From contig NW_002060945.1 of the NCBI RefSeq assembly GCF_000150275.1, positions 2,751,172 through 2,815,171 of the forward strand: 64,000 bases of DNA. Direction: 5' to 3'. The notes under the pieces were generated by a model. It ran no database searches. It was given only the letters and a program-made list of their open reading frames with translations, and was not told where the DNA came from. Of this stretch, positions 38,157-51,600 are shown one piece after another. Every line of letters starts with the position of its first letter. The stretch's first letter is position 1. This DNA is from Trichoplax adhaerens. Lineage: Eukaryota > Animalia > Placozoa. The translations under genes were made by a program, and so were the position numbers.

Positions 38157-41100
38157 ATGACTTCGTCGGCAGAACTGCCTTGTTATACCCTGTTATATTC
38201 CCAAAATGATTCTGAATCTCCAAGTGAGCTGATACTGCGGAAGGAGTTAGGTAGGTTATGCTTTAACCTGTTGTAATGAAGTAGAGTAGACAGGACGAAA
38301 AGAGGAAAAGTCAATGATAAAGACTGTCACAGTGAGTCTGTGTCTAACCAATGGCAAGATTCATTTTATTTTTGTCTATTCGACCCTTTTTTATACTCAT
38401 TACAACGTAAAAGAAGAAGAAGGATTGAGACTGAAGGCAACATTCTCTTATGAACAGTTGTATGAAGAAAAGATTGAAAGAGTAGTTTTGACAATGTGGG
38501 GCCTTTTTACCCACTTTGCTTTTCATCTGGCTACGCAAGAATTTCAGTCTATGACATGCAATTGAATGACGATACAGTTGGCTAGGATAGTGTCATAGCA
38601 CTGTCGAGCCAAACTCTTCAAATGATCCTACGTATGGATCATTTGAAATATTATCTTTGCTACTTTCTACACGACAACACTCAGATTAATACTGTAATTT
38701 TTACCACTAGTCTTAAAGCCATAACAGGAGTTACGTATTGTTTGCCATACTGGTTAGATGATCAATACAATCGTGATAGATAGAAGCATGCATTGCTACT
38801 GTCTTTAAATGTCTACTAGTTCATAATAATATCAAAATAGAAATTTTCCATCATCGTAAATGTATGATTCAATATCAACAGCAGTATGGTAGCCAAATCG
38901 GTTCAATGCAAACGGATACTTTGCAACCATCAATCAATCAATCACTTCCATAAATTGAAATAATTACTAATTCTCACTTTAGTAGCGATTATACTTCATT
39001 CTTTTGCTATAAAAGAGTGTACTGTAAATTGTCTAGAAATTGATATCAGTAGTAATATCCTTTCCGTAATCTTTAGAATCAAATGATACCAAAGCAAAAA
39101 TTCGGGCTTTAAAGAAGATCATCAATTTAATTCTCAGTGGTGAAAGATTGCCCAATTTACTGATGGTTATCATGAGATTTGTTATGCCCAGCCAGGATCA
39201 TAAAATTAAAAAATTACTCTTATTGTATTGGGAAATTGTGCCAAAGACTACTCCAGATGGAAAATTACTACATGAAATGATATTAGTTTGCGACGCTTAT
39301 AGAAAAGTAAGTTATTATCCAAGCTTCATTTTCTTCATTATTGTATTTGTAAACGTAATTTAAGAAATTTTAGCAATGAAGCTCTATTCTAATGTTATAT
39401 TGTTAAGGAAAAGATGTTGAAAATTGTTACCTTTCTACAATGTATTCAGTTGTTATCAAATTCCAATGAGTGCAAAAGTCGCTTAATACAGTGATAGCAT
39501 TACAGTACATGGTAATGTTATACAGTATCTTTGCTTCATATTGATGACGGTTTGTTTTCTTTTTGTAGGATTTACAACATCCAAACGAATACGTACGAGG
39601 ATCTACTCTTAGATTTTTATGTAAATTGAAGGTATTGCAGCTACGTAATATCATGCTACATAACTTAATTATTGTTAATCCTACCATAGGCCTAATGTAG
39701 TCTTATATTTATAGTACTCTTATTCCGACATCACTGATGCAGATATAATGCATAGAGAATAGTGTTAATGATTACCTGCTCTATGCTGTCTTCGTAGAAA
39801 GATAATAACTGAAAAAGTAGCGTATTTATGCGTTCTAATGTTTTACGTTATGTCATATCAACAATCTGGTGATTAGGAAGCAGAGCTTCTGGAGCCTTTG
39901 ATGCCTACAATACGTTCTTGTTTAGAGCACAGACATGCTTACGTCAGGCGTAATGCAGTCATGGCGATATATACTATTTTTCGGTAAGGATGAATAGCGT
40001 ATCGTAAATTAAATTTTCAAGAATACTCCTAAGGAATGCTAGCAGAAATAGCTGTACTAACATTCTAAAATTCTTTTGGATAGCAATTTTGACTATCTCA
40101 TTCCTGACGCACCTGAATTGGTACACGACTTTTTGGAAAGAGAACAAGATGCTTCATGCAAACGAAATGCTTTTATGATGCTAATACACGTCGATCAGGT
40201 GTGTAATTTCAACCTTATGCAACGCAATACAGTATATTCTAGTGCTTATCATGAAAAGTCAGAGTGATATTTTATGAAATTAGAATCACAACTACAATAA
40301 TACTAACAATAATACCCCTTATTGTACGATTCATATTCAAATTAAGGATCGTGCCCTTGAGTATTTAAGCTCTTGCATAGATCAAGTTGGAAGTTTTGGC
40401 GATATTCTTCAGCTAATTATTGTTGAGCTCGTTTATAAGGTTTGATCATGAAATTATAGATTAACAATTAGGCTATCAATATTCATAAGTATTACGGAAA
40501 TGATTTTACGGCCAACTTTATTCTTAGGTTTGTCATAGCAATCCTAGCCAACGAACACGATTTATTCGCTGTATCTATAATTTGTTGAATTCAAATTCTG
40601 CCGCAGTCCGTTATGAAGCTGCTGGAACATTAGTAACATTATCATCAGCTCCAACAGCAGTTAGGGTAAATTTCCTTTCCCTATCATCTTAATAAAAGTA
40701 GTATTTTTTGTGAAAGCTAACGTAATAATATTATATTTCTAGGCTGCAGCATCATGCTATATCGAATTAATTGTTAAAGAAAGTGACAATAACGTTAAAT
40801 TAATAGTATTGGAAAAATTAAATTCATTACGAAAGAATCCAAATTATGTCAAGATTATTCAGGTTTATACTATATTTATCATCATTTACGTATTTGTCAA
40901 TTAAAATGACTTTGTTAGCGCTTTGAAGCAACGCTATGTCAAGTTCATGACTCTTATCACAATTGTTGCTGTTAAATTAGGAATTGACAATGGACATTTT
41001 GAGAGTTCTTAACGCTCCAGATATGGAGGTACGAAAGAAGACATTACAGTTGATTATGGACCTAATCACTCCGAAAACTATTGAGGAGGTATGCAATTTT

Positions 41101-44100
41101 AACGTGATATTTCAACAATTTGTTATTATAATTTCCTTAATGAACTATTCTAAATATTGATATCATTGAATAGGTGGTTGGAATGTTGAAAAAAGAAATA
41201 ACGAAAACTATGAATGCGACTGAAAAAGAAGATGCTGCTAAATACCGTCATGTACGCTATTAATTTTTCCCGTCTTATAATTTAATGGATCGATATTAAA
41301 ATTAAACTGTACAAAATCTGTTACCTTTTATAGTTACTTGTTCGTACGCTGCATACCTGTAGCATTAAATACCCTGAAGTTGCTGAATCCGTCATACCAC
41401 TGGTAAAGCTTGATTATGACAATAACAGATTTTAAAAAGTATTTACTAACAGATAAATTCAATGGTAGTTGGTAGAATTTTTGGGTGACGGCGATGAAGT
41501 TGCTGGAAATGATGTCCTGGTTTTCATGAGAGAAGCTATGCAGAAATTCCAACATATCAAACCATTAGTTATGAATATGCTTCTTGATTCCTTTCAAGTT
41601 ATACGCACCCCTAGGTACACTACGAATATTAACACAACTTATTCAATAAATTAGTTGCTAAATATTATTGAATTTACATATTTAGTGTTCATAGAGCAGC
41701 TATCTGGTTGTTGGGTGAGTACTGCGATACACAGGAAGAATGTGAGTCAGTGATGAATGAAATTAAAAAAGGCCTTGGTGATGTAAGTGGTATTGTACCC
41801 AAATTAGAGTGCTTTAACAATAAGACACTATCTAATAAACCCATCTACACTTATACAGGTTCCATTAGTTGATAGTGAATTGAAGATGGCAACTGACAGT
41901 GATGGTAACCGATATTATAAATTATTTAAAATTATTATCTTATAGCTTCATATCTCTTTGAAAATATTTGCAGAATATGTATACTATTTTCTACGTTAGT
42001 TTCAGAAAGTGAAACTAAAGAAACTGCACAGCAATCTTCTGGTCAAAATTTAGTTACTGCCGATGGTTCTTACGCTACCCAAGCAGCTATTAGTGCGTTA
42101 TCGTCGAAAAAGGAATTACGGTATATTAATAGGCTATGTGGATCCTTAAATATTATGGCTCTAAATATTAAACTATTTCAACTTAAACATATTAATTTCA
42201 TACTATAGTCCACGATTGAGAGAATACTTGATGGACGGTGAATTTTTCGTTGGAGCAACAATGGCTACAACTTTAACTAAACTAACTTTACGCTACAGTA
42301 AATTATGTGAAGATACTGCTAGAAAGAACGTAAGTTTTCTACGCTTAAGCTGTGCAATCTTGATTCCACAGTCTTACAATTGCCATTACAAACTAATCTA
42401 CTCTTCTTTATTAGCGATTTTCTGCTAGCGCTATGCTGTACATGGCGGGTATTCTTCATCTCGGTAAATCTGGATTACCGAAAAAGGTACATTTTTTAAT
42501 TTTCCTAAAGTTCTTTATTAAATGGTAGCAAATTTGATGTTAGCCATGTTACTAAATGTACTTTTATTTTGCAGGCTATCAATGATGATGATTTTGATCG
42601 AATCTCGGTTTGCATATCAGTTTTATCAACACCAAGTGATTTAATGATGGATATATTTACAAAGGAGTGTAGAAAATCTTTATCAGAAATGATTGCTAAT
42701 CAATCAGACAGTAAAGAAGATAAACCAGAGGTACCTCCTCCTTAGTAGCTTTTATCTAATTTTTAATGCTTAAAATCTCAAGATGATATAATGCTTCTTC
42801 TTAGGATCTTGACGAAATAGTTGTACGTGTACAAGCAGATGATCCAATATCATTTATGAGTATCATTGCTCCATCTGAAGATGACTTAGGCGAGGTATTC
42901 ATAAACATTTAACAGTAACATTTTCAACTTGCAATAATTGTAATGATCGTCTTACTTTTTGTCCTCGGCTAATTGTAGAATCAATTTGAAGAGAGTCTTT
43001 CAAAAGCTTTAACCAGTACTACAACTAAGAAAGATAATCCACTTGACTCCCAATTGAACAAGGTTGCGTAAAAATAACTAATGTTGTACATAATGATTCT
43101 ATTATTTCTGCTATTAAGCATTTGCTATTTGTTTCAGGTTCATCAATTAACTGGCTTTTCTGATCCTGTTTATGCTGAAGCTTATATTTATGTTAATCAG
43201 TACGATATTGTGTTGGATGTACTAATTGTAAATCAAACTGGAGATACGTTACAAAATACTACCCTTGAATTAGCTACGTTAGGTAACATATGACAATTTC
43301 TAGATCTTTAGCAATTTACGCTAACTATGTAAAAATTATAGTTGGTGGTAGCAATTTCTAGTAAATAAAAATTTAAATCATTTTATTATGCTGCAGGTGA
43401 TTTAAAACTCGTCGAGAAACCTGTTCCAATTACCATAGCACCACGGGATTTCTGTAATATCAAAGTATGACAAACGTAGGGTTGACCATTGTTCGATCAC
43501 AACACCTATTAATGTATTTTTTAATTCATCCAGGCAAATATTAAAGTAGCTTCTACTGAGAACGGAATAATTTTTGGAAATATTGGTAATTTTTCATTTA
43601 AACAATTTTACCGATTTCGTTGAGCTTGCGTTACAGTTACTAAAATAACTTGGCTAATGTTTACCTGTGTATTTTTAGTGTATGATGTTAGTGGAACGGC
43701 ACATGACCGCAACTGTGTCGTACTTAATGAGATACATATCGATATTATGGACTACATTATGCCAGCAACATGCACTGATACTGAATTTCGTCAAATGTGG
43801 GCGGAATTTGAATGGGAAAACAAGGTTGTGGATTAAGAATGAATGACGATCTATATGTTGTTCTCAATGACTAACGAATAGTTCGTTTTTAAAATATATA
43901 GGTTACTGTTAATTCGAATATTACTGACATACAGGAATATCTCGACCATATTATTGCCTCGACAAATATGAAGTGTTTGACTTCAGATACGGTAAGTCAG
44001 TTGTTACATATGTTTAAGTTTATGCTCTTGCATCATCCATTCAATTTATGCAATTTATCATGTAGGCATTAAAAGGCGATTGCGGTTTTTTGGCTGCAAA

Positions 44101-44385
44101 TCTGTACGCAAAGAGCATATTTGGCGAGGATGCCTTAGCTAATGTAAGCATTGAGAGAACAGCTGATCAGTCTGAAACACCTGTTACTGGTCATATTCGA
44201 ATCAGAGCTAAAAGTCAGGTAAAAATTTAACATACTTTTTATGTATGCGCACATAATTTTAATATCAATAAGGTCTATTGCAAAAGAGACAAACAATGTA
44301 AGAAAATTTTGCGCATGTTGCTCAATAGGGTATGGCATTAAGCTTGGGAGACAAAATCAACTTGTCGCAAAAGAAGTCATCATAA
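38157..44385 (+). CDS. COPB1: Coatomer subunit beta (beta-COP)
   Basis: [13 protein letters not shown]; [31 protein letters not shown]; [20 protein letters not shown]; [12 protein letters not shown]; [14 protein letters not shown]; [14 protein letters not shown]; [20 protein letters not shown]; TAA at 44383-44385. Confidence 0.98.
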
Positions 44386-45677
44386 AGTTCTACCTATAGA
44401 TGGTATTATAATAATAGGAGATTAGGTAATGCAACGTTATTCTTTTTACGACTTAACAAAGATAAATCATCAAAGTTGGTGTTGATACAACTAGTCTAAC
44501 AATGTACTAGAGTTTGACTTGCGTGGCATAAAAATCTTGTCAAGTCATCTGAAATGAACTGTCGAATTGGCAATGGTAGTAAATAATTGTTACAAGTAAG
44601 AACTTTTAATAATGTTTATCCTAATAGTGATCTTCTAGCTTAGAGTAGCTGTAATGTTATTTGCTTAAGTTGAATTTTGCTAAATAACATTTTATGTATA
44701 TGATTAGCTCGTGCTTGTTATGGTGCTTAACCAATACCTGAAGTTTACCACAAAAAAATTAATATCTCAAAATGTCCTTGAATTATTTTTTGATGGGCAT
44801 TTGCATGCTACGTAATATATTCTAAAAAATCTAAAAATGCAATTTTTATTCCGTATGGGAGTTTAAAATACATTGTAATAGATGATGGCCTATTTGCTCA
44901 GTAATTGTATGGCTTGGTCATCCTGGTCTTTACTTAGCTTATTATCCACCAATGCAATAAAAAATTATCAATACTTGCAAAACTTGCTCCAGAATTAGTA
45001 AACGATTCTATGTAACTTTCAACAAATTTACTTTTTGTCTTGATTAATGCAGGAAAATCTTATTATGGTATGTATGAAATCTTTAGAATTTATAAAAAGA
45101 AGGATAATTGTATTTAAGGATGAAGTTTTACTAACATATCCGATTCATATCTTCAGCATACTGAAATATGTGAAATTTATTAGATATTTATTGCATCTTC
45201 AACACTTGGCAGTGATTCAAGATAGCTATACTTGAGATAAAGCTTGCACTATTCACCTTTTGAATCATACTACATATTGATAGTGAGTTTCATAAAAGAA
45301 TTACTGGACACTAATTGCGATCTATACTATACCTTCATGCTACACTATCATTAACCATTAGCATTTTTACAAGCTGCAAATACTGAAGATACTTTTGTCC
45401 GATAAACGTGTATGTCAAGAATCCTTTTTTATACTACGATGAAACTTTACTAGTGATATTGGCAAATGTATCTCATTAGTAGGTCGGTAACTTTTATAAA
45501 TTAATCAGAATAATACAATTAATTTGTTTAGCCTTTGATAGTTCTTACTATATTTCGCTTCTGTCACAATCATCAAGATACAAATGTAGTATGAATAGGG
45601 TGATAAGCTTCAATTGCTTCATGTAAGGCATTGAGAAATTATTAGAAGTAATTTATATTATAAAATGAATCAACACT

Positions 45678-48600
45678 TCATTTATCTTCATAAATATGAG
45701 GGCAATCTTCGTAATCTCCATTCCAATATTTGCCGTTAAATTCCCATACTTGCGCACCAATAAACTTATTCGTCGTTTGATAAAACCATCTATAAGAAAA
45801 TATCAGTTTTAGACAAACCGTATTAATATTTCGTCCTTGATTCTAATTTTGCTGCTTAAGCGTACTTAGATGCATAAGTAGGAAGTTATTAAATTATTAA
45901 ATTGTTAAAAGTTGATAACACTAAAGTTATTCTAAACAATATCGGCAACAATATGTAACTACACTACTCGATGTAATTGCCCGATAAATCTAATTTATCG
46001 GCGAACAGCAAAGAGAAATTATTTTTTTCCATCTTATTAACTGTAATAATATGAGCTTACTTCGGCTGATATTCAGTCTTATTTTTAGCACGTTCTCGAC
46101 GTGCTGCTCGCTGCTTTTCTTCCAATCTCAGTTTTTCACTAGCTGCCTTATCTATTGTAATACACGATAGCTATAAGTTGTGTGAAATATTATTCAATCA
46201 AGTAATGATTATATAATTATGAGTTTTAAGAAGCATTTTATAGGCAAATCTGGTCTAATGAAAGACAGTCGTTATATCTATTCCATGGAAAATTAAAGTC
46301 ATTGTAAATAGATTTATCTATTTCATTAATTTTATTAACTGAGAGTGAACTAAAGTTTTGAAAATGATAGGGTATATAATCATAACTTAGATGAATTATT
46401 GTTTGCGTATAATAACATCAGCGGAAAGTAAAGTTATGCTGATTGCACTATGACAAGCACAATCTTATTCTACGTTAGCAAAGTAAAATCAGAGTTCATG
46501 TCAAATTAACTTTAACGCTCCGGGAATATTGGAGAATTATCATCGTTACTAAGGATTTAATACATTTATTAATCTTTATCCACAGTAGCGATATAAATTC
46601 AAGTTTTGGACGTAATTTAATGCATACGAATTTCTGCTTGCATATATTAATTATTGGCCATGCTGTAATTACCAAATAATCTGCTTTACCTGTACTACCC
46701 AATTCGAGATATCGTATGTCTGGTCTAAATCTTGAATCGGTTCTCGGTAACTGTAATCAAGATGCAATATCGAATTATTTAATGATAGCTGATGGTTTCT
46801 ATAGCATAAAGAATGAATACATAAATGAAGCATCCATAATTTCATCGTTAATATGGCCCTCGCCCAAGCTTTGTTGAGAACATCTAATATTATAATCTTT
46901 CTTACATATTTCTCAAGCGTTGTTGTTAGTTCATTCAGCATAAACGAAAATGCGGTCATACCATACATCTTGAAAATGAGATTTAGAAATGTTAATATTT
47001 TTGAGATATAATATCTTATATAGGAGTCTACAATTTACTTTTAGCATCAATTTCAAGTTAAAAATGCTTGCCTTTTCGGAGCAGGCAGGTCTGGGTTCCG
47101 CTGTCCAAAGGTGAATATTTTCTTGGTAAGTTCCAACAGGTTTATCCGTCAAATCATTATTACTAGATGTCTTGCTTGTATTCTGATATGGAACTGCTAA
47201 GGAATTGGCTGTGCTTTGGCTTGGATTCAATGAAGATTTACCATCATTCTCAAGATCTTCATCAGCATCTTTAGATGTTGGCAATGATGTTTTACTAGAT
47301 TTTCGTGTTTTGATTAAGGCAGGGTTGAGCAAATTAGAATGCAATTCCTCAGTCCACTTCCCCTCTAATGAATACGCTTTTTCTTTGCTATGAAACATAA
47401 GCATATAAAAATTAGGTCTAAAATGATTTATGGACAAAATTTTTCTTGTCTTTGCTTACTTAGCATCAGTGACAAAGCCTTGTAAGCGATTAAGATCTTT
47501 TCCAAACCAGCCACTTGGCTTAAAGTTTATACTACACTTATAGCCATTAGTGTGATTGATCACGTCGAGATTGCCATACTAAAAATAGATGCCCATGTAA
47601 AGAGAGTGTTAGTAGTTACTAGAAGGAAGTCCTTTAGGATAGTAGTGAAACTGTAACATCACATAGGCCTGAAAAGGAGCTCGTGCATGGGCGATATTAT
47701 AACTTGAGCTAGATTGCTAATAAGTAATAATCTGATACTAGATTTTTATTCGGTTTGTGATCGAAACCATTAGTAATCGTCGCTAATATCACTACTATGA
47801 TGACCAAATGCACGGAAAAATTTCATAGGAGCAAAATTTTGTTTAAAACATTAGTTGTATGTGCACATAAAGATATCACTTCCAGACATGGTACAGCGAC
47901 GGAGTTTAATAAAGAAAACGTTAAAGAAGTTATGGTGAACATGATCATATTGATGAAAAGGTTTCGTTTCAGAATTATATAATATTTAGAATACATCATA
48001 TAAATGATGGACGCTGCTGATATTGTACCTGTTCGATCCATAGTTTGCCGGTAATGACATTGTGAATGTAAGTTGTTACTTGCGACCAAGTATAGATTTC
48101 CCCTAGTCTATATTGGATTAAATTGCACAGGAATAAAAAGACTTTATTGGCCTGTGTTTGATTTTCTCTGTATCTTTACTTAATTAAAGGACTATTGCCA
48201 AATTTAAATATAGATTAAACGGCCTGCTTGACTTACTTTGGAAATTCCAGAATTGCTACACCTTTAGGAATGACTTCTACACCCTTGCCCCAGAATTTCA
48301 ATTTAGGTTGGACTGACAGGCTAAGGCTGTAGTTGTTATTCAAAGAGCGACAGTGGAAAGCCGATATAGGTGGATGATGGCTAACCTATGAGTGGCAAGC
48401 ATCGGATTGTAAATTTAGCAATATCCTTAATGTCCTTCATTAGTACAAGCAAAACCGTCAACACTTAGAGAAGTTAATGTTTCTTTCTGTGATAATCCGT
48501 TATAGATATCCATAACCAATCGTGATTTATAGCAGATAATAGCTATATGTATATGGTATATATCATGATATTTAAGCTTGATCAATATCAACCAATAGAA

Positions 48601-51600
48601 GCTACAAGCTTTTCCTATTATAAGCACAGGCAATTGAAATGTTCCATAATAGAAAAAGAAACATGTGGCGTAACTAAAATTTGAAAAGTATTCATTTTCT
48701 GATCTGTGACTATATATTGCAAATAGCTGTAAAGGCTAACATAGACGGTGATTAAACCCTTCAGTCATTTAGAAACGTTTAATACAAGTAATTACTAAGT
48801 GTTGTACTCTTTTATGCAACTTTAACCGCAAATATTCCAGTTGGATTACAAAATTCAGTTACAGTAGTTGCCAGTGGACTACTACACTCATTGGAATAAA
48901 ATGATGAGAATCTTCTACTGCAATGAATTATTCTTGATGACTAGAATACAAGTATGCAATACTTATTTATAAAGTAAAGTATTGAAATCAGAGGCCAATC
49001 TACCTACATTTGCTACTATGGCATAGGTCGCCTTGTACAACTTAAGTTTGAAAAGTATACATCTCTGACCTGGGCCTACTATATATATGCAAATAGTGGT
49101 AAAGGCTAACATAAAGTACATGACGATTATACACTTTAAGTCGTTTAGAAACATTTAATACAAGTAATTACTCAGTATTGCATTAGTGCTGCACTCTTTA
49201 AGCAACATTAACTGCTAACATTCCGATTAGATCAGCAGGTTCAGTTGCAGTAGTTGCTGTTAGACTTCCGGTACTGAAGTAAAATATTGAGAAATCTGCC
49301 ACTGTGATGATTTATTCTAGTTGATTATCCGTGTGAATTATTTATGAAATAAAGTACTGTAATAAGAGGCCAATCTAGGGATATTAATTTCGCTTCAGTA
49401 GCGTAGATGGCCATGCCGGCACATTAAAAGGATCGCGGTAGTTATTTGGCTTTCACATTCTTGCTATTTAATGATATCTACGACAATTATCAAGTTACAG
49501 CCTGGAAAATAGCTGAAAATTTATTTATTTTAGTTTACCTGCTCAGTTACTAACTGAAATCGATGCCTGCCAGAAAGGAGAAGATAAATGCGAGACATAT
49601 CATTTGCACGTAAAACAAGTCAAGGTGAGACGAATCAATTGAAATTTGAAATCATGTACGAATAAGTTATTTCCAAATAGCTTCTCGTATTTTAAATACT
49701 GTATGATCTTAAAATTTAAATCAGGTCAATTTTAGATAATTTAATTCTCGTATAAGATTTCCTTACGTTACTAGCTCATAAGTTTCTCCCAGTAATGGAT
49801 TAAAAGGTTTACCAATCCTATTCCAGTTAGATGCTGAGCTGGACACAGCAAAAGCGGCGACATACTGCGAAAGTGCGAATACAGCAAGTGGAAAATCATA
49901 AATTTAATTGTTGATTGCTATCGCAATGCTATTTCTCTCGCATTAAATAGGGTGTAAGCAAGCAATTTGTTTTGTTTTATGAAGCAGTTATGAAATAATC
50001 TTTGATCCATGCACAAACAGATTAATCTAGAGATTAAGAGCGTATTTAAGAAAAGCTGCTGTAGTTATTACTTGAATACGTATGAGTGGGTCTTGGCTTT
50101 CTGCTGCAATATCCAATAGCTGATCATATTCCATGTATTCAGCAAGTCGTTGTAAGAAGGATAGAGGCTCGTTGAAATAGACTATACAGTCCATGAGCAA
50201 GTTGATTATATACATGCAAAAGATATAGGACCAATTTTGGTCGTTAAGAACCTTATAGAATTATCGATGAAATCAAAAATTGCAAATTAACCTGGCATTG
50301 TTATCCTTGATAGATCCTGTAGGAAAACGTTAGAATCCAATAAGTACCGAAAATTTGATAGTATACGAATATAGCTAATTTCACGATTCTTAACAGCATA
50401 ATGTTAGCTAAGTTAAGGATGGCATTACTTCCTTATTACGACATAGTATTCCTCTGTTAGCATTAGCTATTTACTATAAAAGCTACTCAGCTATTGATTT
50501 TGATAGTCCAAGCTTGAAAATTAAAATTCCTCACCTTTCCTATGGAATGTTTCAAGATAGACCAAATCGTGATATCTTCTCGAGACATCATTGGAGCTGG
50601 TAAAGATGTTCTATTAATAGATAAGGTTGTTATAAAATTAATTAAATGTAGATAGCTTGAATAAAAATTTTCAAATTAATGATTGATTATTTATGGCAGT
50701 TGTACCTGGGTTTAAAATCTTTCATCATTTTTATATTTTGCCGAACTACAATATCGCCATCAGCTTCGATAATTTGTCCTATTTCTTCACTTTCAGCTTA
50801 GAATATCAAACATAGAATCAAAAAAGTTTTAGAATCCTTACTAACTATCCACCGCCCCAACTGACTAGATTAATGATACTAATTCAACGTCTAATTGCAA
50901 TATCTGCATATTCGCCAATTGCTCCTAATTTAAGATTTGTAATTAAAGATTCCTACCTTCGTCTGATTCATTCCCACTATGACTGTTTACATCGTAGAAA
51001 CTATCGTCGTTTTCCTCTTCGCCATTATCTCGGCGAGAATTTTCTAAAATTTCCTGCCGCTAAGTGCCGTTTTAATTAGATCGCAATTCAGAAAGAGCAA
51101 TGAAGATGATTGTAACAGCAATAAATCAAGGTATTAAGTATTTCAAGCCGGTATAATAAACAGGATCGCTTTAAACATCGATTAAGCTCTACGAGAAAAA
51201 TATGCTGGCTGAAATATGAACATTTAAATTCAATTTACCTCTGCAGCTTGTCTAGCTAGTTGTTCTTGGTCATCAGCGAGTTGCTCCAGTGTTGATTGCA
51301 TCATTAAATCTTTCTTCATTTCCTTGCTCATTTGCTTCTGTAATTCCTATTTCGATCAAAAGGGGATTTAGATCAGTGAAATAATTGATCAGAGTAGTCC
51401 GATATAATCTCAATCATTGCTGCCATATTTTACATTCGATTGCTGCTCAAGTATCTTCATGCAATGATCTAATGTAGACCATAATTCTTTCGAGACGATT
51501 TCTACTTTGCTTGATTGATTTACTATGTCTTCTATATATGGAGCCGGATGAACTTGTGATTTCTTTTCGTAAAATGATATTCTAGTCTCAAGGATTTTAA

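Noticed and set aside
45981-46001. Perfect 9-bp hairpin (similar ones near 31909 and 37488)
   Set aside because: Short stems like this can arise by chance in 64 kb of AT-rich DNA; no supporting context.
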